This document shows positions 47,928 to 59,600 of a stretch of 64,000 nucleotides of DNA, piece after piece. How positions within the stretch are numbered: the stretch's first letter is position 1; each line of letters opens with the position of its first letter. Both the position numbers and the translations under genes were made by a program. The DNA comes from Vicugna vicugna (Eukaryota). The notes below the pieces were generated by a model that saw only the letters and a list, made by a program, of their open reading frames with translations, searched no databases and had not been told where the DNA came from. Where the stretch lies: contig MU062019.1 in assembly GCA_013265495.1 (NCBI GenBank), forward strand, positions 310,001-374,000, read 5' to 3'.

Positions 47928-49409
47928 CCAAATAGTGACGCTCTGCCCGGTTTCCCTCTATGTGCACGTTGTGTTTCCCCAAAGCGCCCCTGTAGGGAGC
48001 TTGCGTGTTACAGCCCGAAGCCAACGAGTCTGCTGTGTCCACCACCTCTGATGGCACTGTTGAAGTGACTTTGGTAATATCCGTGTTAGTGTTTAAAATC
48101 CAAGACACAGCTCAGAGGGGGGAGAAAACTCACCAAAACCAAGCCTCGAAAATGCTGCTTTTGTGATCAGTTTCGTAAGAATAGCTCTCCTGAGGACGTT
48201 CACTGAGTGGCCAGGAGTCTTTTCTGAAGTTTAAGAATTGAGAAAGCCAGTCTTAAGACAGGAGATTCCAGCCCTGCTTAACCTTCTCCCTCGTGTTCCT
48301 AATTTGCCGACAACAGTAATTAGAATTACGAAGTGCTTGGAGGCACCCAGCTTCTGCCCTCCCGGCTCCTAAACTCCGGGGGTTGGCTCCTACGATGACC
48401 TGGGCATTCTCACTGGGCCGTGCCCCCAGGGGGCCCCGCGAGCCTGGAGGGGCCCCTCTTTCCTCTCGGAGGCTGCTGGGCCCCAGCACTCGTCACAGTT
48501 GACTGTCCCACGCCATCCGCCCCCCTCAGGGCAGGCGCACACAGGGCTGGCTCACACACGTAGCAGACCCCAGGGGCTCCCAGAGGACTACCCCCCTCCC
48601 CGAGTAAATTACCCGGTGCCTTGCCTCCACTTCCCCTGGGGTCACGAGTGGATACATTCGCTGTCTTTAGGAAGGAGTTTCCTTTTCTGATCTGAATGGG
48701 GTGCCTCGTGAGCCCCCAAAGGCACGCAGGTCCGAGGCCTAGACACGTGAGGACTGGGGTCTCCTCTGGGCCTAAGGAGTCTGACACCACCCCATGCACA
48801 TGGGCCCACCTGGCACCCACAGAAGCCCTCAGACTGCGTGCGGGGGGGCCTTGGTGGCCACATGCTGCCCCCGCTGCCCCTGGGGCCTTGAGTCTCCCCT
48901 GCCCCGCCAGCCAGTGTCCAGCCCCGCGATGACCCCCGGTGAAGGCACAGTGTCCTCCGGCAACCACCCCCACACCAGGGTCCTTCAGCGAATTGGGATG
49001 TCCGCCTTTCCTGGACAAAGCGTGTCCCTGACGACGTCCACCCTCTGACTCTCATCTGCCACAGCACCGCTGTCCCGGCCATTGGGCTGTGGAGACACAC
49101 ATAGGACGGTGTTTTGTCTGAGCTGCGTTTCACCTCGTCACCTTTAGCCCGGGGCTGCAGCCCATCGGGGCCTGGGGGCTCCCATCTTTCTTCTAGCTTG
49201 AGGACAGTCTCTGGACAGGGATGTGGGCTGGGGTCATGACCAGCACAATCCCCCAGCACCGCCTCCCAGAACTTGCAGTCTCTGGGGACCCCACTCCCCG
49301 CCCTGGGGTGGCCGTTAGTGCCGCTTGTGAGCACGTCTGATGGTAGCACCGGCGGCCACAGGGCTGTGTGGGCTCTCGCCACCTGTCTCGTGGGAGTCTG
49401 GAGTCACCG

Positions 49410-49570
49410 TGCCATGCTGTGCTGATGCCCCAGCCGCTAGCCTCACATGGCTGCGAGAGCTAAAGTAACTGAGAGCAACATACATTTAAAACTCAGTTCC
49501 TTGGTTGCACAAGCCACGCTCCACGTGCTCAGGACCACGTGTGGTTCTGGCTGCCGCGCTGGGCGGTGCA
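49410..49570. mobile_element. hAT-Charlie MITE (MER3/MER33-like)
   Basis: tttaaaactcagttccttggttgcacaagccacgctccacgtgctcaggaccacgtgtggttctggct matches the recalled MER3-type arm. Confidence 0.6.
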
Positions 49571-52500
49571 GATAAAGCACAGGTGTTCCCACCACCTCGG
49601 CGTCTGATTGCTGCCCAGAGATATGCTTTCATCGTCTGCTTGGAAATACGGATTATTTTATGTCTAGCCCTCCAGCCTGTGTTTTGTGGAATCTGCATTT
49701 TTCCCTGGTTTCTGGACACCAGAGCGGTGCTTGTCAGTCTCCAGTCCCCAAGGCTCCCAGTGGTCTTGGCCACCATGCTGTAACTTGCTTGGGGCGTGGA
49801 GCCGGGTTGAGAGGCCCAAGTGGGGCTGGAGCTAGGACAGCTATGAGCCGTGTTATCAGGAAGGTGGAACCAGGTTAGAGTCCTGGAGCTGCAGGCGATG
49901 CCCTGAGTCTGTGATTAGGACAGCTTTAGAGGGAAAGTGGCAGGGATGGGCTGTGCCTTGGTCGTGGTGGGGCTGGGAGAGTGGCTGTGGGTTGGGGGGT
50001 AGCCCCAGGTCTTCTCTAGAACTGGCTGGAAGGCCTGGCTCTTACCCCATTGGGTGTTTCCACCACCAGGAGGCCGGCGGTCGGCTGCACAGATGGGCTC
50101 TGACTCAAGCTTCCTCTTCCCTGGCCTCAGGGGCGGCCTGGGGTGTTTGCCGAGAGCCTGCCTGCATGGAGGCTCCTGCGTGCCAGCTCCTCTCCAGGTC
50201 CAGGACCTCCAGTGTCCAAACTTCCTTCCCCTAGATGACCGAGAGCCAGGGCCACGCACGTGCCCGGCTGCATGTCCTGGAGGAAACTGGAGACATCCAG
50301 TCGGATCACAGTGCAGGGCAGCCAGCACAGCCACTGTTCTGCACCCGAGCTTCAGGGCAGCCTCAGAAAACAGCTGCTGTGGCCTCCCTCAGTATTCGCA
50401 TTCAAGCATGTGACACGCACTGGTCTTCATGTTTTAGTCTTTGTGGGGGTGAGGCCTAAATGGAGCAGACTTTCAAAAGTCTAAACTGAGAACCAGATCA
50501 ATGGCTGAAAGCTCAAGTGATCTCCAGAAGCCCCAGGCCCTTTGCACCAGCACCTGGGTTCTCCGTGGATGGTGGGAAGGGCAGCCCCTCCCCCACAGGT
50601 GACCTGGAGCTACTGACACAGCCTCTCTGGGCCTCCCTGTGGACGGGTAGAGACGTGCTCCTCCTGGGTCAGACAGTGTGTGTACACACATGTGCACCTC
50701 ACAGACGTGCCACAGGAAGACTGTGGGAGCGGGGACAGAGAGAGGAAAGGGCCCCCAGGCAGAAGAGAGGATTCCACGGGGCAGTGTCCCCATCCACCAG
50801 CCGTGCAGGAGGTCATCGTCTTCAGAAGGAAAATGGTAATTCTGTGGGGCTCTGACAATGCCTCCAACTGAACAGGGGGGTCTTGGGGGCGCAATCACCT
50901 GGTAATGATCACCCAGTCCCTGGCCTACAGGGTCTCTGACACATTCCCCACTAGGGAAGCGATGGTACCAGTTAATTAACTCCCTTCTACCGCTGGGAGG
51001 AGGCTGAGTGAGGCCGTGAGTAGCTCAGGGCAGGGGGGATGTGACCTCACCGCCATTCCCTGGGTCCAGACAGCCAGTGGGCTGCGGATGAGGCCTGGCT
51101 CCACTGGGCCTGCCCCCGGCTCCTCCGTGTCCCCTGGGGTGGCCTCACTTTCACCCCCAAGTGCACACTGGTGCCTGGACAAGATCCACCAGAAACCATC
51201 TCAAGACAGGTTCGGAGGACGCAGTGCCCTTTCATCCTTGCTCTGGGTTTTGGTCTCGAACCATTGCTGCAAGAAGTGGCTCCATGTGCTGACATCTGGT
51301 TCTCCACGTCTCTGCGGGACGGTCCCAGGATGGCCCAGGACCCCTGCCCCGCCCTCACGGAGGCCCCACCTGGCCCAGGTGGCCAAGTCTGCAGCCTCTC
51401 CGCCGTGGAAAAGCAAGTCTCCCTAGGAGACCAATAGCGTGAAGTCACACACACGGCGGGAGCACACTTTTTCTTGCTCAGTTTTTAACAACAAAAACTG
51501 GAAAGCCCTTACCACGCGCTGCTGTCAAGACCTGTCTCCGTGGCCACGTCCCTGCAGAGTCGGCCATTAGACCCACAGAGAGAGAGCATTTCCTCCAGGC
51601 GGGGCGGCCAGCAACGAGGCCCCAGAAACAGTCGTGGTCAGTAGCTGTGGTGAAGGGCCACTCAGGGCCAGCACAACAGATGAAGGTCACCGGGCCTAAG
51701 AACCTCGCGAGAGACTCTGTGATTTGTGGCACAGACCGCTAGGCACTTGAAGACACCTGAGCACATCCCGATTTGCAGAAAGGTGGGGCGCGCAGCAGGC
51801 CCTGGGCAAACACCTGTCGAATTAAATGAGCATATCTGGAGGCAAGTCCTGGACAGGTACAAAGGAAGTAAAATAGACATCTTGGTAAAGACGTAGTCCA
51901 AACGCAGCTAGCACCTGGAGGCGAGGGGTAGGGACAACACTGAAGACCCAAGGCACGATCCACAACTATGGAACCTGGGAAGCAGCTCCTCCCTAGTAAG
52001 GACCACGGCTTCGCAGAGTTGAACTTAAAAGCACAGAGCATCTGAAGGCGGGGCCTTCTCCTGAGGCAGTGGGAGGACCTGACGGGAAGGAGCCACCTGG
52101 AGCCGTGGCTGGAGGGCAGGTGAGGGCAGGTGCGTCCCAGCTTTGTCTGTGGACCTGGAGGAAGTGGTGTTTGCGGTGGGAGCCGAGTTCCCAGCCCCCA
52201 GCCTCACAACATGCAGCGCCCCTGAGAGGGATCGCGGCGCCCCCAGACTTGGGAGGCGTTGCGCCAGGACCCACGAGGCCGGAGCTGCCTTGGGCGTGTG
52301 TGGGGCCTGTGAAGAGGACAAAGCTGCTCCTCTCCAGAGCTCGCAAACCAACAGACATCCCCAGTGGTGTCCCCTGGTTGCCCATGGACAGCCTTGGCTG
52401 GGGAGTTTATTGCAAAGCACAGAATCCGAAATGAGGGGAGAGAGACGGGGAAAGAGGGCAGACAGCAGGCAGAGCAGACTGATGCCCAGCGGCCAGGTCT

Positions 52501-55500
52501 CAGGCCAGAGTGGGGCTCATTTATGGGCACCTCGCTGCTGGCGGCAGGTCCCTCTCCCGGGGGGTGGCGGCCACGTGAGTTGGAGGTGGGCCAGCTGGGC
52601 CTGCAGTCAGGGTGTGAAGCCACCACTCCTGGTGGTCCAGAGGGCTCGTCCCTGGGCACATAGCACGACCGTTGCTGTCTCTTGGCTCAGAATAACGTCC
52701 AACTGTGTTTCTTCGTAGTCTTTGAGAAAGGCCCAGGTTTCTGCTCACTCGGTCGCTGCGTGGATGTCATTCTGTTACCGCACCGGCTTCAACAAATTTC
52801 TGGTCAGCAGCAAGGCCAATGTAGCAAAGGAAGGGAAAGGTGACAAATCAGACAGTCTGGCCACCCTGGTTCTATATTTTTAAGAAACATGATGCCCTGT
52901 CTGCACCAGTGTTCACAGCAGCACTGTTCTTCCTATTTTGACAATATTTATTGACCGACTCGGCGGACCCATATACCAAACAAGGGTCAAAATTGCAAAT
53001 TTAATAGGAAAAAAAGTGGAGGGGCTTAGGAAGCCAATAATAATTAGGGTACGTTTCGCTTAAAAGCGGAAAATACTGCGTGCAGTGTGTCACTAGTGAA
53101 TGCAGCTTGTGGACCACTGGTGCCCGCTTTCCTTCCCTCCTTGAAGTGCTTATCTGTTCGCATGAGTCCTGGGATTCCACTGTTGCAAATCGGCTTTGGT
53201 TATAAAGAGGCACGTGAGAGCTGCCTGCCTCTAGGCTGGTCCCAGGTGTTCCAGTAAAGAGGCAAAAAGGATCCAGGCCCATTGACACAATTTCCTTTTT
53301 TCTCTAAGCTGCCCTCTTTCTGAATTCTTGGTCACTGAATCCAGACACATCATTTCACGACTGTGCTTACTAATTTACAAAGTGAGAGCTGGAAACATAT
53401 GCCCCATTGATTGCTCTAATATAAATCCTGCTGCGCGGTCAAAACCTTCCCTTTCACACAAGTCCTTTGGGTCCTGGCCCTGGTGCTGCAGGCAGAGCTT
53501 GGGCTGCCCCACCCCGGAAGCAAGCAGTGTCTGTCCTAAGAGTATGACCAACCCTGGAACAAAGGTGCTGGAGGCTGAACCCTGCCGTGGTCCTCCTAGG
53601 GGCACCCCCGAGTCCCAGGAGGTGCAGGATACAAGGTGTGTGCAGCCTCCTCGCCCACCAGGCCCCAGACACTGAACTTTGCCAAGGAAGAGGAAGGCAG
53701 TGTCCAGTCGGGGCTACCCAGCTGGGCAGGTCAGAGGAGGGACAGCCGCGCAGAGTGGAAGTGGAGGTGCCAGGGACAGCAGGGGTGCACGCTCCAGGCA
53801 GCCTGTTGCGCATGTCTCTCCGCGAAGCCTCGGGCAGACTGGGTAGATTGTCCAGGGTCTCACCCCAGGCAGTAGCAGGGCCAGCACTCAGGTCCAGCTC
53901 TCCCACACACACCCCGGTGCACCCTCCACCCCTCCTGGCTGTGGTTATTCTGTGTGTGGAATTTCCAGCCTCCCCGACACCCCTTCCTCACCACGGGACT
54001 GATGCCCTGACCATAGCCCTGCTGTCCTGACTATGATCCCCCCCCCATCAGACCTCTATTCCTCCTTCCTAAGTGTGATTCCTGATCTCCTGCTGGAAAA
54101 GACAGCTTAATCGACCACAGTGCTCCCCAATTTTGTGAAAATTCACCTCGAATTTTTATTACTCTGCTCATGACCAAGGCATAATCCTGCGTGTTTGTGA
54201 CATGGTCTCAGAGGCACTGGAACCCAGACGTGCTCTGGTGGACGTGTGGTGCCCAGGCCAGACCTCATGTACAAGCCCCCATCACACCTTCCACACCTGC
54301 CCCCAGGAGACTGAGTTTTCCCATCAGAACCACGCTCCTGAGATTCGCAAAGGCTTCCCTCCATCCATATGCTTCTGCTCCCCCCCCCACCGCCCTCCGT
54401 GCCTCTGACGTCTAACCTGGGCTGCACTGGAACAGGGCCCGTGCTGAGCAGAGATGTGGTAAGTGATGCCGAGGGAGAATGTGGGGAGGGGGGTGGCTGT
54501 GCCGGCCAGGCCCCGCCGCCCCGCCACCCTGCACCTCACACCTCCTTCTCCAGCTTCTTGGCGGCCACGCCCTTCAGAGCACAGTGCCCCCACTGCCCTC
54601 TGCCCTCTCTACACACCTGCTCATGTGTCACAGATGCCACTGGAGCAGCAGGGTGGCCAGCCTGACTTTCTGCCCGTCCTCCCAGAGTGTGGCCCCTGGG
54701 CCCACGTCCTCCCCCACGTCCCCGTCCAGTGTGTCCCCAGACCCACGGGGTTCAGTATAATCTCAGCCTCAGCTACGGACGTGCTCCCCTCCTGTGCTTC
54801 TCACTCGGGGCACCAGCCAGACTGGGCATCGCCTCCAGCTGCTCCCTTCGTGTTCCTCACCATGTCCAGCAAGATGCTCCTGCCCCCACCATGCCCACTA
54901 TCAGCCCAGGTCACCCCCGACATTACCCAAGGGCTGCCCTGGGCCAGTCCAGCCTCTGGGCCACCTCAGACTGTCCTCTCAAATCTGCGTCTGAGCACAT
55001 CACCCCCATCTCTGCTGGGACCCACTGAGCGCTCAGGGCTGTGCAGACTCTCCCCGGGGAACTCCCGTGCCCCTCAGCCCCCAAACACCCACAGGACTGC
55101 CTGGTACAACGCTCCCGTCCCACTGGGCATCTGCCCTTCCCGAACCTTCCTGAAACTGACCCACACACCACTGCCTCACCCATCCTCCAAACCCCGGTCC
55201 CAGTGTCCTCTAAGGGCACCTTTGGGCAGAATTCATTCCTTTGTTCCCTTTGCAGTTGGCCCTCGTGTGTCCCTGCGGACACAGCACCTCGTTCACTCAC
55301 CCATCCATCCATCCATTCACGGATGAGCCTGCACTCCGAGAGGCCCGAAACGGGTAAGTTACTCACACCTGCCGCCCTGGCTGGTTACAGCCCGTGCCAG
55401 GCTCCAGGATGAGCTGATACACTTGTATGTCTGTCCTCCACGGACGGTGCCGTGTGTGTGAGCCGTCATGATCTGACGGGCTGGGAGCCGGACTGCAGGC

Positions 55501-55829
55501 CCGGCCGTTCGTGGAGATCACTTAGGAAAGACGACGTCACCGAGGTAAGGACGGCCATGTTCCTGCTTCCTCAGAGTTGCATGTCGAAGGGTTTCAAAGA
55601 AAGGAGTTCAACTAAAACTGCAGATGAAACCCAGCACATGTGTCAGAGCACTAAGGGAGACTGGGGCCCGGCACGAGGTGTGACGGTGCTGGCGTCGTGC
55701 TCCTGTTCTGCGTCTTCATACTTGAACATGTACACAATAGAAAATATCTTCAAAGGTGAGTTGACTCGAATTGACTGGACTGGTTTTCTCCTCTGAAATT
55801 GGGGGTGTGTCTTGGGGGGTGGGCTCTGA

Positions 55830-56085
55830 CAGGATGCGGAGACTGGAAAGCCGAGAGGAGGCACCATCGGGCTGTCCTGGGGACGCCCTGGGGTGGCCTC
55901 TTCCTGGTCCACAGCTGGCCATCCTCTTGCTACAGAGGGAGCTCCCAGAGGTCTCTTTTATAGGCGTTAACCCCATCATGTGGGCTCCACCCTTGAAACC
56001 CAAGCACCTCCCAAAGGCACCACCTTCCAACGGGTCCACACTGGGATTTAGGGTTTCAGCATATGAATGGGAGAAGTGGGGGGGT
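55830..56085 (-). mobile_element. MaLR LTR (MLT1-like)
   Basis: gggagctcccagaggtctcttttataggcgttaaccccatcatgtgggctccaccc...cacctcccaaaggc...tttagggtttcagcatatgaat. Confidence 0.65.
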
Positions 56086-56759
56086 GTGGGAGAGGGGCCG
56101 TAAAATCCCCTAAGGGCCAGGCTGCTTCCCGCCTCCCGCCTCCTGTGCCCTGGGCAGGAACCCCCTGTGCCCTGGGTTGGGGAGCTCCTGGCAGACCCTG
56201 GGGAGTCCAGGACTCTGGAAGGAAATCTCTCTTGGCTCCAAAACTCATCTGGCTGGTACCAGTGACCCTCGGGGGAAGACGTGATTGTTTCTGTGATTGG
56301 AAGGAGGAGGCGGGCAGCAGGGCCAGCTGTGCTGGTCAGGCAAGTCAGGACGGAGGCGTAGGTCAGGCTACAGCTCTTTGGAAACACAGCTCCCAGTAGG
56401 GCCCCCCGCAGCTGATAACTGGAGAGCGGATCACCGACCACTGTGGAGTGCAGGACCGCACGCTGGCCAGGCGTGTTTTAACCTGCCCGGATTGGGGAAT
56501 GCCCCGCTCCTTAACATGCTCAAGAGAGTCTGCGTCAAGTTCACAATTAAGAGTTTCATTCAGCCCCTGACAGCCCCCACCCTTCTGAGGTCGGAAACAC
56601 ACCGAACTGCATCTTCCCATAGGGAGGTTTGTGCAAGCAGGACCTGGGTAGGTCCCACCGCCTCTCGCCCTCCTCACTCTGAGAAAGCCGGGTCCCTGTA
56701 GCTGAAGGATTGTCAGTGGACCCCTCGGGTCCTTCCCCAACCCTTACCCCGTTCCCAGA

Positions 56760-57660
56760 GCCCCTGAGCGCTGCTAGACAGCCCGTCGGGGAGCCGCTGG
56801 GGGGCCTGCGCGCATCCCGGCCTCACTGCCCCCCTGAACCCCCGGTTTAAAGCCACACACCGCCGTTCTTCAGCCGAGGCCATCAGCTGGCGTGATGATG
56901 CCCGACTGCCCCAGCCTCCAACAGGCCGACCAGCCACCACCGAGGGCCCGCAGAGCATCGGGGCCGGGTGGTGGGGACGCTGGCTCGTCCTGGGCCGCTG
57001 GAGCCCGAGGGGCGTGGACGCGGGCGGGGCGGGCGGGGCGGGCGGCGGCGCTTTAAGGGGCGGCGCGGCGCGCGAGGAGGCCGTGCTGGCCGGAGACCCG
57101 AGCGATGGAGACGGCCTGGGACTGCGCTGGAGCCCTCCTCAGGCGAGTGCCACGCCGGCCGGGATCGGCACCCCCTTCCCCCGAGCCCCTGGTGCCCCGC
57201 TGACAGGCTCCCGGCGTCCCCGCGTCCCCTGCGCCCACGCGCCCCGGCCCGAGCCCTCCGCCAGCTGGCCGCCCGCGCCAGGTGTGGCTCCTGAGGTGTG
57301 CGGGCGTCCGCGGAACAGGTGACCGTGATGAGCAGGAGCCGGCGCTTCTCTGCCGCTGCGGCCTGTGGACGCGACAGCCCCGCGGCGCGCGGGGACCGGC
57401 TTCTCGGGGTCCTGGACCGCGGGGTGGGGGGTGCTGGGGCGAGGGGAGGGGTGCTGGTGGGGAAGCTGGGCGGCCTCGGGGCCACCAGATCACCCCTCAG
57501 GGCAGCGCAGAAGGGCCGGCCGGGCGCGCTGGCTGGGCCCCCGGGCTTGTAAGGCGGGACTTGGGGGAAGGTGGTGACGCTGCCCGGACCGGGGTGCGAG
57601 ACAGAGGGGCCCGCGGACCCCGCCCCCTCCTCGCCCCTCCACGCCGCGAGACCGTGAGAA
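56760..57660 (+). promoter_or_regulatory. CIDEA: CIDEA CpG-island promoter with clustered GC boxes and TATA-like TTTAA
   Basis: Overlapping GGGCGG motifs at 57022-57042, TTTAAG at 57052-57057, about 50 nt upstream of the ATG at 57105. Confidence 0.8.
57105..57142 (+). CDS. CIDEA: CIDEA coding exon 1 (38 nt)
   Basis: METAWDCAGALL + AG, like human MEAARDYAGALIR; donor AG|GCGAGT; its phase (2) matches the exon at 63819. Confidence 0.88.
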
Positions 57661-58744
57661 GGCCCAGAATCGCCTTTTCCCCTTCTGGGTTCGTCTTCGC
57701 ATCGCAAACCAATCTGAACCGTGAAGTCCTAAAAACACCGGGTGGTGGCAACTTGCGAGATTTAAGGGAGGGATCGGGTTTCTCTGGAGATCTTCAAAGC
57801 AGTTCAAAAGGGACAGAGAAGCCTCTGAATTCTCTTAAATACAGGTTTTCCAAGGTGTCAGGAGTGGAGGGCCATTTTACAGAAGGGGCGTGATCCGTAA
57901 GCTCCTGAACTTGGGTTCCTAGAGGGGTCTGTGTGGAACGTTCAAGGCTCAAGGTCGGCCGCCGGAAGGCAGTGGGGTCTGTCTGATGCTCCCCCTTTCT
58001 CTTTAAAAACAAATGAAAACAGAAAACGGAAGTCCGCGATGGGACCCCCGGCAAGGTGAGAAGCGACTTGTTTCTGCATCTTCGCTGGCTTGGTTTACAC
58101 CTGAAGGAAGGGCGCTTGGTGTCTTTCCTGGTTTCTCCCCCTCCCTCCAGCCCCACTCACCCCTCAGTGCTGCTCCCAGGGGCAGCAGTGAAGTTTCTCC
58201 CGGGGAACTCCCGAGCTCCTCCCAGCGCTGCACTGGTGGGCTGAGTCGTAAGGACGGTAGGCGGACACTGACTCCTGGCCGGTGCGGCTGGAGCAGGGGC
58301 GGCAAGGCCTGCAGCGCTAAGGCTGCCCGGCCCGCACCTGACATGCAGCACCATCCCCAACCCAGAGTGCCTCTGTGAGACGTTCCACTGGGCCAGCAAG
58401 GAACGACCGGTGAGGTTTTGGCAAATCAGCACGGGAGCATCTGTTCTGCTTGGACAGTCCCTCTGAGCACGGCGGCTCTAGGAGTGAGGGGCTGTTTGTT
58501 GGGGGCACACGGGGTCCAGCTCCTGCTTTCAAGCTGAGCTGCCGTCATCCTTGGGACTCCGCTTTCTTCCACACAACCTGTAATATTTGCTGAAGGGGAA
58601 AATGTCTTCCATCTTCTTTAAAGCCACATCCAGGCCGCAGGCCCACGGGAGCCATAGGCAAGGTGATGGCGAGTTCCGTCTCCTCTCAGTGGTCCTTAAT
58701 GTAAACTGGCTGGTAGAGTGTGTCCTGCTGTCTTTCTCTTTTCT

Positions 58745-59600
58745 TCCTGTTTCTTAAGTTGAAGTACAGTCAGTTTACAATGTTGTGTCAATTTCTGGTG
58801 CACAGCATCATGTTTCAGTCATACGTGTACGTACATATATTCCTTTTCATTATAGGTTATTACAAGATAGTGAATATAGTTCCCCGTGCTGTACAGTAGA
58901 AACTTGTTGTTTACCTACTTTATATATAGTAGTTAGTATCTGCAAATCCTGAACCCCCAGTGTGTCTCTCCCCCGTCTCCCTCCTCCCTGGTAACCATAA
59001 GTTTGTTTTCCATGTCTGTAAGTCTGCTTCTGTTTTGTAAATAAGTTCATTTGTGTCACTTTTTTTTTGATTCCGGATATAAGTGATCTCATGTGATACT
59101 GGTCTTTGTCTTGCATCNNNNNNNNNNNNNNNNNNNNNNNNNNNNNNNNNNNNNNNNNNNNNNNNNNNNNNNNNNNNNNNNNNNNNNNNNNNNNNNNNNN
59201 NNNNNNNNNNNNNNNNNNNNNNNNNNNNNNNNNNNNNNNNNNNNNNNNNNNNNNNNNNNNNNNNNNNNNNNNNNNGTATGTAGTGCTGCTGTGAACAGTG
59301 GGCATGTCTCTTTTCAAATTAGAGTTCCCTCTGGATATGTGCCCAGGAGCGAGATTCCTGGGTCATATGNNNNNNNNNNNNNNNNNNNNNNNNNNNNNNN
59401 NNNNNNNNNNNNNNNNNNNNNNNNNNNNNNNNNNNNNNNNNNNNNNNNNNNNNNNNNNNNNNNNNNNNNNNNNNNNNNNNNNNNNNNNNNNNNNNNNNNN
59501 NNCTTTTGAATGACGGCCATTCTGGCTGCTGTGAGGTGATACCTCAGTGTAGCTGCGATCTGCGTTTCTCGGATAATTAAGGATGTTGCTGACTCTGTCC
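58745..59600 (-). mobile_element. L1 3' region (3' UTR plus ORF2 C-terminal remnant) in CIDEA intron 1, interrupted by N-gaps
   Basis: ttgaagtacagtcagtttacaatgttgtgtcaatttctggtg...ctggtaaccataagtttgttttc...gtgctgctgtgaac...ggccattctggctgctgtgaggtgatacctc. Confidence 0.85.
59118..59502. other. Two assembly gaps (N runs 59118-59275, 158 nt; 59370-59502, 133 nt)
   Basis: Seen directly. Confidence 0.99.

Noticed and set aside
54463-55326. 287-aa ORF between IMPA2 and CIDEA
   Set aside because: Pro/Ser-rich translation of a C-rich strand with a GTG/near-cognate start, no domain and no exon structure.
56883-57893. Long ORFs on both strands over the CIDEA CpG island
   Set aside because: GC artefact; the homologous CIDEA ATG at 57105 is in a different frame from these ORFs.
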